64,000 bases of DNA from Squalus acanthias (Eukaryota): positions 67,828,001 to 67,892,000 of the forward strand of contig CM059430.1 in assembly GCA_030390025.1 (NCBI GenBank), read 5' to 3'. The notes beneath the pieces were generated by a model. It saw only the letters and a list, made by a program, of their open reading frames with translations, was not told where the DNA came from and did not search any database. Positions 39,078 to 52,277 of the stretch are shown here, piece by piece. The translations under genes and the position numbers were made by a program. How positions within the stretch are numbered: the stretch's first letter is position 1; each line of letters opens with the position of its first letter.

Positions 39078-40374
39078 GTAATATTTGAATAGATTATGTG
39101 TGGAACTGCCGCCAACCTCTTTCAAGGAAATTTCTTCGATGACCCAGATTTCTTGGAGTGTTATTAACCTACATCTCTTCTATCTATGTATTGACGCCAT
39201 CAGCACATCTAGGACTATTAACAGAAGTGGCTTCTCCATATAGTTCATCAATAGGCGAGACAGCGTTGAACCTAAAATAGACCAGGTAGAGCTCTGTCTG
39301 TAAATCTACTGCTCCCCAGACCGAGCCTTTATTTATCACTTTCCAATTCTCCCCGAATGTCATGAGGCTGAATTTGCTTCAAAAGCCTCACGAGCAGAAC
39401 TTTTGCAAGTATCTTCCAAAAATATAAGGAAACTATTACCTAGATTTCCTCCACTGAGCAACTTCGCTCCTCAATTTCCTTTAGATTGATGAAGCAAGGC
39501 GCATTGCTTCTAAATCCACTCTGGCTACCACTATATCTATGGACTCTTCCGAGCAATAAATAGCAGTATATGAAATGTTCGGAACCGTTTTTTATTACTA
39601 TGGACATTAGAGTAAAATTAAGGAATGGTGGAAATTACTGTGCAGATGGTAACAATTTGGCACTTGGCCCCTGTGCTGGTGAGAACCAGTCTCCCATTAA
39701 GGGAGTCTACGCCAGGCTACTTTTATGAAAATGAGGAACCTTAAGGCAGATAAGACAGCCAAATACACTTCGTAGGTCTCCGGAGACAGCCCGGTGGGCA
39801 GCAACCTAAACCAGGAGTGTCATGATCAGGTCGTGGAGGGGGGGGAGGGGGTGGTGCGGGGGGACCGTGCCCGGGTTGCTGCATCCCAGATTATCGTTGT
39901 GGTACCCAGAGGGGCACTCCTGCTTTTCCTCGTCCCGCAAAAATAATTTAAATGTACATGTTCATATCTCTTTATCTCTATCGCTAGTAAAATGGCCACA
40001 GAATGCAGGGCGTACCAGTTCCGTCCTGAAATGGCCATCGGGATCCTCTGTACATTATAGAACCTCGATTTGGATATGAAGAATAGCCTACTGCCTGAGA
40101 TTTAGGCGACAGCCCCGAGCAACAGGCCCTCTCTGACAGTGGAAGGCGCCGTTGTCGGCGTTAACATGGTACTAAGTCTACCGACCCCATTTTGAGGCCA
40201 TTATCGCACCGTTAACGCCGAATTAGGCAAGTTCAAATCGATCACCATTGAGTTCGGTTTAAAGTAAGCCATTTAATGGACCCCATGCCTCTGTATAAAC
40301 CAGTCATTGTTGCTTCCATTCGATAATATTTATATACCACAGTTTTATATCTTGGTTTTAATCCAACATTGTAG

Positions 40375-40488
40375 GTCACAGTTTCAGCATCCGGCTCCTC
40401 ATGATTGCTCGGTTTGTTCTGTGTTTTTTGATAATTCTTGCACTGACGGGAATTATTGTGGACCACGTAAAAATGACTTCCATTGCAG
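40375..40488 (+). pseudogene. Transmembrane exon with intramembrane Arg
   Basis: 114 nt, phase 1-1: GHSFSIRLLMIARFVLCFLIILALTGIIVDHVKMTSIA; acceptor ttgtag, donor cag|gtaaga. Not present in the supplied ORF track. Confidence 0.88.
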
Positions 40489-40599
40489 GTAAGAAAACAC
40501 TTTATCAATTCAGGAAATCACCTCTGAAGTATACACACAGATAGGATTGGTTTTATGGAGATGAGAAATGTATTTTGCCAGCTGTTTGTTTGTAAGCAG

Positions 40600-43500
40600 C
40601 TGCAGAGAGCAGCAGCTGATTAAAAAGAGCGGGATCCCGAGCACCAGTGATTTAAAACGAGCGGGGCAGAGAGCAGCAGCTGATACCAGACAAACGGAGG
40701 GAAAAACTCAAAAATTGACGTCATTATCCGTATAGAGTGAGAAGTGGCGGGAGCCGAGGAATCATAGATAATTGATTAATTTCTCATCTATCAAAGTATT
40801 AAGACCATAGTATACTTAAGGTAAACAAATAGATCTAACTTGGCAGGGGGGGTGGGATACGGAGTGAGCTATAGTAGGGGGTAAAGCACAGCCAAATATA
40901 AAGGAAAAAAAGAAGTCAAGCTGGCAGGCAGAGCAAATATGTAACGGCGCAAGGGGGTATGGCAAGGCTGGATGGCATTTATTTCAATTCAAGGAGTCTT
41001 GCGAGGACGGCAGATGCATTGAAGGTGTTGATGAACACATGGGAGTATGATATTGTTGCTATCACAGAGACAATGTTAAGGGAGGGGCAAAACTGGCAGC
41101 TCAATATTCCGGGGTATAGAATCTTCAGGCGAGACAGAGGGGGGTGTAAAAGAGGATGGGGTGTCGCAATATTAATCAAGGAGTCAGTTACTGCTGTAAG
41201 CAGGGATGATATCTTAGCAGGTTCCTCTAATGAGGCCATATGGGTAGAACTTATAAACAAAAAGGGGGCAAGCACTTTGCTGGGAGTTTACTATAGGCGC
41301 CCAAACAGTCAAGGGGAGATAGAGGAACAGATATGTAGGCAAATCGCAGAGATCGTAGAAATAATAGGGTAATAATAGTAGGGGATTACAACTTCCCCAA
41401 TATTAACTGGGATATTCAGAGTGTGAAAGGCTTAGAGGGTGCGGAATTCTTAAAATGCATCCAGGAGAGCTTTTTGAGCCAGCATGTAGAAAGTCCTACA
41501 AGAGAGGGGGCAGTACTGGACCTAATTCTAGGGAATGTAGCCAGACAAGTGGTAGAAGTGTCAGTAGGAGAGCATTTTGGTGACAGTGACCATAATTCGG
41601 TGAGATTTAAGGTACATATGGAAAAGGACAAAGATGGATCAGAAATAAAGGTTCTAAATTGGGGGAAGGGCGATTTTAATATGATAAGGCAAGGCCTGGC
41701 CAAAGTGGACTGGGATCAGCTACTTGTAGGAAAATCCACATCAGAGCAGTGGGAGTCTTTCAGAAAGGAAATAGAGAGAGTACAACCGCAACATGTTCCC
41801 GTCAAGGTCAAGTGTGGGACTAGCAAGCCCAGGGAACCCTGGATGTCAAGGGACATAGGAGAATGGATTAGGGAAAAAAGGGAGGCTTTTGGCAGATACA
41901 AAGGACTAAAAACAATGGAAGCCCTAGAGGAGTATAGAAAGTGCAGGGGGGTATTTAAAAAAGTGTTTAGGAGAGCGAAGAGGGGGTAACAAAAAATACA
42001 GGTGGGCAAAATAAAGGAAAATACCAAGGTGTTTTATAAGTATATTATAGGCAAGAGGATAACCAGGGAAAGAGTAGGGCCCATTAGGGACAAAAGTGGA
42101 AATCTGTGTGTAGAGCCAGAAGATGTGGTTGAGGTTTTAAATGAATATTTTGCATCTGTGCCCACTATGGAGAAGAACGATGTAGGCATAGAAATCAGGC
42201 AGGGGGTTTGTGATATACTTGAACAAATTAGTCTTGAGAGGGAGGAGGTACTAGCGATTTTACCGGGCTAAAAAATGGATAAATCACCAGGCCTAGACGA
42301 GATGTATCCCAGGCTGCTGTGTGAGGCAAGGGAGGAGATTGCAGGGGCACTGACACAAATTTTCAGAACCTCTCTGGAAACAGGTGAGGTGCCAGAGGAC
42401 TGGAGAACAGCTAATGTAGTATCATTATTCAAGAAGTGTAGTAGGGATAAACCAAGGAATTACAGGCCAGTGAGCCTAACATCAGTGGTAGGGAAATTAT
42501 TGGAAACAATTCTGAGGGACAGAATTAGTCTCCACTTGGAGAGGCAAGGATTAATCAGGAATAGTCAGCATGGCTTTGTCAGGGGGAGATCATGTCTGAC
42601 CAATTTGGTGGCTAGGTGTGTGGATGAGGGTAGTGCAGTTGATGTGATCTACATGGACTTCAGTAAGGCTTTTGATAAAGTCCCGCATGGGAGACTGGTC
42701 AAGAAGGTAAGAGCCCATGGGATCCAGGATCCAAAATTGGCTTAGAGGCAGGAGGCAGAGGGTGATGGTTGAAGGTTTTTTTTGTGACTGGAAGCCTGTG
42801 TCCAGTGGTGTACCGCAGGGACCGGTGCTGGGTCCTTTGCTGTTTGTAGTGTACATTAATGATTTAGATATGAATGTCGGAGGTATGATCAGTAAGTTCA
42901 CAGATGACACGAAAGTTGGTGGGGTGGTAAATAGCGAGGAGGGAAGCCTCAGGCTACAGGACGATATAGACGGGTTGGGCAGATAGGCAGAACAGTGGCA
43001 AATGGAATTTAACCCTGAAAAGTGTGATGTGATGCATTGTGGGAGGACTAACAATTCAAGGGAATACACAATGAATGGTAGGACCTTAGGAAGGACAGAG
43101 GGTCAGACGGACCTTGGTGTGCATGCACATAGATCCCTGAAGGCAGCAGGACAGGTAGATAAGGTGGTTAAAAAGGTATGTGGGATACTTGCCTTCATTA
43201 GCCGAGGCATAGAATATAAGAGCAGGGAGGTTATGATGAAGCTGTACAAAACGCTAGTTAGGCCACAGCTGGGATACTGTGTGCAGTTCTGGTCGCCACA
43301 CTATAGGAAGGATGTGATTGCATTGGAGAGGGTGTAGAGGAGATTCACCAGGATGTTACCTGGGCTGCAGCGCTTCAGCTATGAAGAGAGACTTGATAGG
43401 CTGGGGTTGTTTTCGTTAGAGCAGAGAAGGCTGAGGGGACCTCATTGAGGTTTACAAAACTATGAGAGGCATAGATATGTTAGAAGTAAGGAACGTTTCT

Positions 43501-43812
43501 CTTTAGTAGAGGGGTCAATAACCAGGGGGCATAATTTCAAGGTAAGGGGCAGGAGGTTTAGAGGGGCTTTTTGGAAAAACTTTTTCACCCAGAGGGTGGT
43601 TGGAATCTGGAACTCACTGCCTGAAAAGGTGGTAGAGGGAGGAACCCTCAAAACATTCAAGAAGCATTTAGATGAGCACTTGAAGCGCCATAGCATACAA
43701 GGCTACGGAACAAGTGCTGGAAAATAGGATTAGAATAGACAGGACTTGATGGCCGGCGCGGACACGATGGGCCGAAGGGCATCTTTCAGTGCTGTGTAAC
43801 TCTATGACTCTA
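40600..43812 (+). mobile_element. CR1 LINE with nearly complete ORF2 but no ORF1
   Basis: 5' UTR-like repeats and TGACGTCA at 40716, then YFNSRSL/IVAITET/GDSDHN endonuclease and RT (YMDFSKAFDKVPH, GVPQG, KFTDDTK) through to the 3' tail. Confidence 0.9.
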
Positions 43813-43814
43813 TA

Positions 43815-46800
43815 AAAGGGCGAGGTCGAGAGCGGCATGACAGAAAAATCGCAAAGTGATGATGTCAGAGCAGAAGGTAGGATGGCGGGGTAATTTACAG
43901 GTCAATATTTAATTTAATCTACCTCTAATTTAAATTAGATGAAGTAATTAGTTAAAAATAAAGAATATAAGCTAAGTTGATTAATTACATAAACTTTAAT
44001 TAATTAAATAATTTAAACAAGGTTATATCGGGATGGCAGCACGTATGTCACAACTGCATCATGTGGGAGTTTGTGGGAGCATCAGGATCCTGGACAACCG
44101 TATCTGCAGTTAGTGTCTGTATCTCGAGGAATTTCAGCTCAGACTTGCTAAGCTGGAGTCCGAGGTGCAGCCATTATGGGGCTTCAGGGAGGGGGAGAGT
44201 TACCTGGACACTTTGATCCAGGAGGCAGTCACACCCCTTAGGTTAGGTATTGGCAGAGGTCTGGTTCGTGTTAATGGACAGGAGGGTGTGACTGTGAGTC
44301 AGGCAAGGCAGGTGCATTGCTGGAGGAACCTCAGCCTTTGCTGTTATCCAACAGGTACTAGGTTCTTGCTGCCTCTATAGATTAAGGCAAATTCTGCAGG
44401 GTGGATAAACAAACTGACAACAGCACCGTGGTAAAGGAGGTCATTCAAGTGATGGGAGCGAAATAGAATGTGGTCGTTGTAGTGTACAATTTATTCAGGG
44501 GGATAGATACTGTTCTTTTTGGCCACAACCAGGAGTTCTGTGGGTTGTACTGCCTGCCCAGTCCCAGTGTTAAGGGTATCACCTCGCAGTTGGAGAAGAA
44601 CTTGCATTGGGAGGGGAAGGATCCAGTTCTCGTAGTCCACGTAGGAACCAACGACATAAGTAGAACTAGGCATGAGGTTCTGCTGAGGGAGTTTGAGGAG
44701 CTCGGGTCCCAATTAATAAGCAGAATCTTAAAGGGCTCTGGATTACTACCTGAGACAAGCGCAAATTAACATATGTTCAAACAGATGTGAGTAGAATGCC
44801 TGGCTGAAAGTGTGGTGTGAGGGACAGGGGTTACGATTCAGGGGGCACTGGCAGCAGTACTGGGGAAAGAGGGTGCTTTTCTGTTGGGACAGGCTCGACT
44901 TAGACCAGGCTGGGATCAATGTTCCAGTGAATCGAATAACTAGGGCTGTAGACAGGGCTTTCAACTAAAAAGTGGGGAGTGTGCAGGTGAGGGGAAATGT
45001 ATAAATCAATAGAGAAAAGTCAAGGCCATAGAGCAGTGTTGTGATTTAGGTAATGATAAGCAGAGTGTGGCTGAAAGGGACAGTAATAATACATCAGTGA
45101 ATAAGGTCAAATCAGGGAAAAATATTAAAACGTAAATGTTAAAGGTGCTTTATCTTAATGCATAAAGCATTCATAACAGAACAGACGAATTAATGGCATA
45201 AATAGAGATAAACAGGTTTGTTCTAATAGCCATTAGATAGCCGTTGTTGCATGGTGACCAAGGTTGGTAACTAAATATTCCAGGGTACTTGACGATTCGA
45301 AAAAGACAGACAAAATGGAAAAGGAGGGAATAGCCCTAATAATAAAGGATGACATAAGGCCAATAGTGAGAAAGGATCTTGGCGCAGAAAGTAGAATTAG
45401 TATGGGTGGAGAAATGAACAACAAGGGGCAGAAAGCACTGGTGGGGAGTAGTTTATAGCCACCTCCCCAACAGTAACTATACTGTTGGACAGACAATTAA
45501 TCATGAAATAAGAGGAACTTGTAACAAAGGTACTGCAATAATCGCGGGGGGCTTTAATCTTCATATAGACTGGACAAATCAAATTTATAAAAGTAGTTTG
45601 GAAAACGAGTTCAGGGAATCCATTTGAGACAGTTCCCTAGAACATTATGTCGTGGAACCAACCAGGAAACAGGTTAGTTTAGATATTTTCTTTTGTAATG
45701 AGGCAGGGTTCATTAGTAATTTCATAGTAAGGGAGCCACTGGGGAAGAGTGATCATAATATTATGGAATATCACGTTGTGTTCGAGAATAACATACTTAA
45801 GTCCGATACTGGAGTATAATTTTAAATAAAGCCAATTACATAGGTATGAGGGGCGAGTTGGCTCAGGTAGATTGGGAAATTAGATTAAAAGATAAGATGG
45901 TACATAAGCAATGGCGAACATTTAAAAATATTTCATACTTCTCAACAAATATAAATTCCATTGAGCAATAAGGGCTAGACAGACTGGATGCAGGGAGGAT
46001 GTTTCCCTGGCTGGGGGTGTCTAGAACGAGGGGTCAGAGTCTCAGGTTACGGGGTAGGACAATTAGGACTGAGATGAGGAGAAATTCTTTCTCTCAGAGG
46101 GTGGTGAACCTGTGGAATTCTCTACCACAGAAGGCTGCGGAGGCCAAGTCGCTGAATATATTTAAGAAGGAGATAGATAGATGTCTAGACACAAAACGCA
46201 TCAAGTGGTATGGGAAGAGAGCTGGAATATGGTATGGAGATAGAGGATCAGCCATGATCATATTGAATGGCGGAGCAGGCTCGAAGGGCCGAATGGACTA
46301 CTCCTGCTCCTATTTTTTTTCTATAAAACTCCAATGAACAGGTGACCCATCCGTGGCTAACTAAAGAGGTTAAGGATGGTATAGATTAAAAGAAAAGACT
46401 TACAATGTAGCCTAGAAGAGTACTAATCCCGAGCATTGGGAGACTTTTAAAAACCAGCAAAGGATGTCCAAAAATTAATAACGAGCGAAAATAGAATATG
46501 AGAGTAAAGTATCAAGAAATATATATATTTTTAAGAAATTCTAAAAGTATGTAAAAAGGAAGAGAGTGGTGAAAGTAAATGTGGGTCTCTTAGAGGCTAA
46601 GACAGGAGGAATTATAATGAGAAATAAGGAAATGGCAGAGACGTTAAACAAATATTTTGTAACTGCCTTCAGAAGAACCAAAACACATATCATAAACAGT
46701 GGCGAACCAAGTGTCTAATAAGAGTGAAGAACTTAAAGTAATTAATATTAGTAAAGAAAAAATATTGGAGAAATTAATGGGACTAAAAGCTGAAAAATGC

Positions 46801-48303
46801 TCTGGGCCTGATAGCCTACATCCTAGGGTACTAAAAGAGCTGGCTGCAGAAACAGTGGATGCATTGATTGTGATCTTCCAAAATTGGTAGATTCTGGAAT
46901 GGTCCCAGTGGATTGGAAGGTAGCAAATATAGCACCGCTATTCAAGAAAGGAGGCTGAAAAAAAACAGGGCACTACGGGCCAGTTAGCCTGATATCAGAC
47001 AGCGGGGAAATGCTGGAAACTATTATTAAGAAAGTGCTCACAGTACACATAGAAAATCATAGTATGATTAGACAGAGTCAACATGGCTTTGTGAAAGGGA
47101 GATCGTGTTTAACACATTTATTAGAGTATTTTGTGGATGTAACTCGCAGGGTAGATCAAGGAAAACCAGTGCAGGTAGTATATTTGGATTTACAAAAGGC
47201 ATTCGATAAGGTGCCACATGAAAGGTTGTTATACAAGATACAGGCAGATGGGGTTGCAGGGGGTGGGGGGTATTATATTAGCATGGATAGAGGATTGGTT
47301 AAAGGACAGAAAACAGAGAGTACGAATAAATAGGTCATTTTCAAGTTGTCAGGATATTACTAGTGGGTGCCACAAGGATCAGTGTTGGGGCCTCAGCTAT
47401 TTACAATCTATATTCATGACTTAGATGAAAGGACCGAGTGTAATGTATCCAAGTTTGCTGACATTAAAAGCTAGGTGGGAAAGTAAGTTGTGAGGCAGAC
47501 ACAAACAGTCTGCAAAGGAATATAGACGGGTTAAGTGAATGGGCAAGAAGGTGGCAGGTAGAGTATAATCTGGGGAATTGTGAGGTCATTCACTTTGGTA
47601 AGAAGAATAGAAAAACAGAATATTTTACGTGGTGATAAGTTATTAAATGCTGGTTTTCAGAGGGATATTGCTGTCGTTGTTCATGAAACACAGAACGTTA
47701 ACATGCAGGTACAGCAAGCAATTAGGAAGGCAAATGGTATGTTGACCTTTATTGCAAGGGAGTTGGAGTACTAAATTAAGGAAGTCGTGCTGAAATTGTA
47801 TAGCACTTTGGTGAGACCACTCATGGAGTACTGTGTACAGCTTTGGTCTCTGTATCTAAGGAATAATATACTTGCCTTAGAGAGGGTGCAACGAAGGTTC
47901 ACTAGATTGATTCCTGGGGTGATAGGTTTGTCCTATGAGGAGAGATTGAGTAGCATGGGACTAAACTCTCTGGAGTTTAGAAGAATGAGTGGTGATCTCA
48001 TTGAAACATATACTTTTCTGATAGGGTTTGACAGGGTAAATGCTGAGAGGCTGCTTTCCCTGGCTGGAGAGAAGAGGAGACATTTCTTCACTCAGGGAGT
48101 TGTGAATCTTTGGAATTCTCTACTGCAGAGTGCTGTGGATGCTGAGATCGATAGATATTTTGGACTCTAAGGGAATCAAGGGATATGGGGATCAGGTAGG
48201 TAAGTGACGTTGAGGTCGACGATCATCCAGGGTCTTATTGAATGGTGGCTCAGGCTACAGGGGACTATGGCCAATCCTGCTCATATTTCTTAGGTTCTTA
48301 TGA
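43815..48303 (+). mobile_element. Near full-length decayed CR1 (ORF1 esterase + ORF2) with nested CR1 3' fragment at 45971-46325
   Basis: YCLPSPSVK..VHVGTNDI (44470-44769); RT fragments 46699-48170; the inserted tail fragment interrupts the linker region. Confidence 0.88.
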
Positions 48304-48677
48304 AACATATTTTCATGCAACGAGTGGTTAGGATTTGGAATGCACTGCTTGATATGGAGGTGGATACAGTTTCAATAGGGAATTGGATAAATAATACTTA
48401 AAGAAGAATAAAATTGCAGGGTTATGAGGAACGAGCAGGGGAGTGGAGCTAACAGTATTGCTCTTCGAAAAAGCCAGCGCAGATTCGATGGGCTGAATGG
48501 CCTACTTCTGTGATGAACTAGTCAATGTTTCTATATAATTTAAGATTAACGATTGAAACGTTTTGCCACCAAATTGCTGACAACATTGAAAAACGATACT
48601 TTAATATTTTCATATTTAATTCCGTTCTTACAGGATAATTCAAATAGTAAACGCTGAACATCTGATGCAAGTTTGAG

Positions 48678-48880
48678 CCTTGGCACAGTGGTAGCTCCTC
48701 GCTTTGAGTCAGAACGTTGTGTGTTGATGTTGTCACTCCAGAGACTTGAGCTCAAAATCCACGCTTTTATTTCAGCACAGCACTGAGGGAGTCCCGTCTG
48801 CCCTCTCGGATGGACGTAAAACATCCCACGACACTATTTCGTAGAAGAGCATGGGAGTTCTCCACTGTGTCCTGGCAAAA
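48678..48880 (+). mobile_element. Deu-domain SINE (SacSINE1-like), partial
   Basis: tRNA-like head (ggcacagtggtagc) plus gtctgccctctcggatggacgtaaaacatcccacgacactatttc...gggagttctcc...gtcctggcaa. Confidence 0.6.
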
Positions 48881-48977
48881 TGGCCTACTCCTGCTCTTAT
48901 TTCTTCTGGAAGAACCAAGGGTATAGCGAGAATAAGGAACTGAAAAAAATTACTATTAGTAAATAAAGTAGTACTGG

Positions 48978-50745
48978 AGAACGGACGCGGTCGAGGGCCG
49001 TCAACCGCAGTAGAGGGGTATCCTCGGTGGAGGAAAAAGGAACACATGTCGGAAGCACTGGTATGGAAGATGGCATTGTCAGAGCAGATGCGGCAGAGAC
49101 GGAGAAACTGGGAGCATGGAATAGAGTCCTTACAGGAGGCGGGGTGGGCGGAAGTGTAGTCCAGGTAGCTGTGGGAGTCAGTAGGCTTGTAGTGAATGTT
49201 TGTCAATAACCTATCCCCAGAGATGGAGATGGAGAAGTCGAGGAAGTGAAGGGAAGAGTCGGAGATGGACCATGTGAAGGTGAGGGAAGGGTGGAAGTTG
49301 GAAGCATAGTAAATGAAATATTCTAGTTCAGGGCGAGAGCTGGAGATGGTACCGATACAGTCATCAATGTACCGGAAAAAGAGGTGAGGGAGGGGACCCG
49401 AGTAGGACTGGAACAAAAAATTTTCCACATATCCCACGAAAAGGCAGTCATAGCTAGGACCTATGCGGGTATCCATAGCAATACCTTTGATTTGGAGGAA
49501 ATGAGTGGAGTCAAAGGAGAAGTTGTTCAATGTGAGAACAAGTTCAGACAGGCGGAGGAGGGTGGTGGTTGTCAGGGGACTGGTTGGGCCTCGACCGTGT
49601 CCGTTCTATCTCCTGCACTTCTGCCCTCACTCCTGCCCCTCCCTCCCGGAAACACGATAGAGTTCCCGTTGTCCTCACCGTTCACCCCACCAGCATCCAC
49701 ATTCAACAGATCATCCTCCGTCATTTCTGCCACCTGCAGCGTGACCCCACCATCAAAATGCATCTTCCCCTCACCTCCCCTTTCAGCATTACGCAGGGAT
49801 TGCTCCCTCCGCAATACCCTAGTCCACTCCTCTACCACCCCCAGCACCGCTTCCCCTTCGCCCGGCACCTTCCTGTGCATGCGCAGGAGATTCAACACAT
49901 GCCTTTAAACCTCCCCCCTTCCCACTGTCCAGGGCCCCAAACACCCCTTCCAGGTTAAACAGCGATTTACTTGTACTTCCTGCAATTAAGTATACTGTAT
50001 TCCCTGCTCACGATGTGGTCTCCTCTACATTGTGGAGACCAAACGCAGATTGGGTGACCGCTTTGCGGAACACCTCCGTTCAGTCTGTAAGAGGGACCCC
50101 GAGCTCCCAGTGGCCTCTCAGTTTAATTCTCTGCTCCACTCCCACTCTGACCTCACCATCCTCGGCCTCTTGCATTGTTCCACGGAAGCTCAGCGTAAGC
50201 TCGAGGAACAGCACCTCATCTTTCGTTTAGGCACTCTACAGCCCTCTGGACTCAACATTGAGTTCAACAAATTCAGATCATAACCCCGGCCCCCATCACA
50301 CATATATATATAGTTATATTTTATTTTTTTATCCACCCTTTTGTTTGGCCTTTTTTTCTTCCCTCCCAGAAGCTGGCAGCTGTCCTTCATTCTGCCAGCG
50401 CATTTCACACTTCATCCAGAGCCATCCTTTGTCCCTCAACCTGTCACATTACCACCTCCTCTTGCCTTGAATATCTCTTAATGGCTCTCAATGTCTCTTA
50501 ATCTCTCCTGCTTTCCATCCTGCCACTGACCTTCCCTTTTGTTCTTTCATCCCCTCCCCCTTTTTGCAGCATTATACTTGCTTTAAATCTATTTAATTTC
50601 CTGCTTTTTTCCTGTTCTGACGAAAGGTCTTCGACCTGAAACGTTAACTCTGTTTCTCTCTCCACCGATGCTGCCTGGCCTGCTGAGTTTTCCAGCGTTT
50701 TCTGTTGTTATTTCGGATTTCCAGCATCTGCAGTATTTTCCTGTC
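48978..50745. mobile_element. Penelope-like element, 5' part inverted (RT on -, 48978-49590; linker, GIY-YIG and tail on +, 49587-50745)
   Basis: Minus ORF: FLQIKGIAMDTRIGPSY..LF, FRYIDDC, YKPTDSHSYLDYTSAHP..CK; plus strand: VYCIPCSRCGLLYIVETKRRLGDRFAEH...EEQHLIFRLGTLQPSGLN. Confidence 0.93.
50614..50650 (+). ncRNA. Minimal hammerhead-ribozyme-like motif in the Penelope tail
   Basis: CTGACGA (50617-50623), stem II AGGTC-TTC-GACCT, then GAAAC, with palindromic AACGTT in place of stem III; stem I is weak. Confidence 0.6.
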
Positions 50746-50747
50746 GT

Positions 50748-51812
50748 CGTAGGAAAAAACGGGTCATTTTCGGGTTGACAGGCTGTAACTAGTGGGGTAC
50801 CGAAAGGATCAGTGCTTGGGCCTCAGCTATTCAAAATCTAAATCAATAATTTGGATGAGTGGACCAAATGTAATATATCCAAGTTTGCTGATGATACAAA
50901 GCTGGTGGGAATGTAAGTTGTGAGGAGGATGCGAGGAGGCTTCAAGGGGATATAAACAGGCTAAGTGAGTGGCAGGAACATGGCAAATGGAATATATTGT
51001 GGAGAAATGTGAAGTTATCCACTTTGGTAGGAAAAATAGAAAAGCAGAGTATTTTTAAATGGTCAGAGATTGGTAAATGTTGGTGTTCAGAGGGAGCTGG
51101 GTGTCCTTGTACATTGATCACTGAAAGTTAACATGCAGGTACAGCAAGCACTTAGGAAAGTAAATGGTAAGTTGGTCTTTATTACAAGAGGATTTGAGTA
51201 TCAGAGTAAAGACGTCTTTCTGCAATTATATAGGGCTCTGGTGAGACCACATCTGGAATATTGTGTCATTTTTGATCTCCTTACCTAAGGAGGGATATAC
51301 CTGCCATAGAGGGAGTGCAATGAAGGTTCACCAGACTGGCTCCTGGGATGGGAGGATTGTCTATGAGGAGAGATCGAGTAGGCTAGGCCTATATTCTCTC
51401 GAGTTTAGAAGAATGAGAGGTGATATCATTGAAACATACAAAATTCTTACAGGGCTTGAAAGGGTACATGCAGGGAGGATGTTTCCCCTGGCTAGGGAGT
51501 CTAGAACCAGGTGTCAAAATCTCAGAATAAGGGGTCAGCCATTTAGGACTGAGATGAGGAGAAATTTCTTCACTCAGAAGGTGGTGAATCTTTGGAATTC
51601 TCTACCTCAGAGGGCTGTGGAGGGTCAGATGTTGATTACATTCAAGTTAGAGTTCGATAGATTTTTGAATATTAAGGGAATCAAGGGATATGGGGATGGG
51701 GCATGAAAGTGCAGATGAGGTAGAAGATCAGCCATGATCTTATTGAATGGCGGAGCAGGCTCGAAGGCCCAAATGGCGTTCTCCTGCTCTAATTTATTAT
51801 GGTCCTATGTTC
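50748..51812 (+). mobile_element. CR1 3' half (continues the fragment at 48908-48980)
   Basis: KFADDTK region through RRMRGDIIETYKIL and FFTQKVVNLWNSLP to the 3' tail. Confidence 0.88.
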
Positions 51813-52232
51813 CCGTGTGGGCATAGAGAGTGAGCACTGATAGACATCACATTGTCGATCCTGATCCCGTCCTCATTAGACTGGCAATTTCCAGCTGCGG
51901 CCCCTGGGTAACGGTCAGAAACAGGATATAATGCTAATTGCCCTCTTCCTCTCCCTGGGCACTCAGGCCAGTTTTAGCGTTTCAACTGCTGCCGGAAATG
52001 GGATCATTTAACACAACACAGATAGGCAATCCAACCTGGCAACTTCTGATTTGTATGGCTCGGTGCTATACCCACGGGTTACTTAAGGTGTGGATTTATT
52101 CAACGTGAAATGTAGTTATTATATGTGTGCAAGAGAGTATTGGACATCAGGTGAGTGCAGACGGCTCGAAGATTTTCATTCAGTTATTCATGTAACTAAC
52201 AGCCGTATTTTTGTTTCAATATCATTCTACAG

Positions 52233-52277
52233 TAAGTGAAGTGGAAACGATTCAGTGCGACATCTGTTATGATTTAG
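52233..52277 (+). other. Probable cytoplasmic exon of the IgSF gene (VSEVETIQCDICYDL)
   Basis: 45 nt, phase 1-1, acceptor tcattctacag, donor tag|gtaatc; lies in the first non-repetitive sequence after the repeat-filled intron. Confidence 0.55.

Larger units (their letters stand above)
35801..52277 (+). pseudogene. IgSF receptor pseudogene, leader-V-C1-TM(Arg)-short cytoplasmic tail (SIRP/NKp30-like activating type)
   Basis: Exons 35801-35855, 36069-36373, 38790-39077, 40375-40488 and probably 52233-52277, all with GT-AG borders and phase 1 junctions once one frameshift is corrected; disablements are listed under the exons. Confidence 0.85.
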
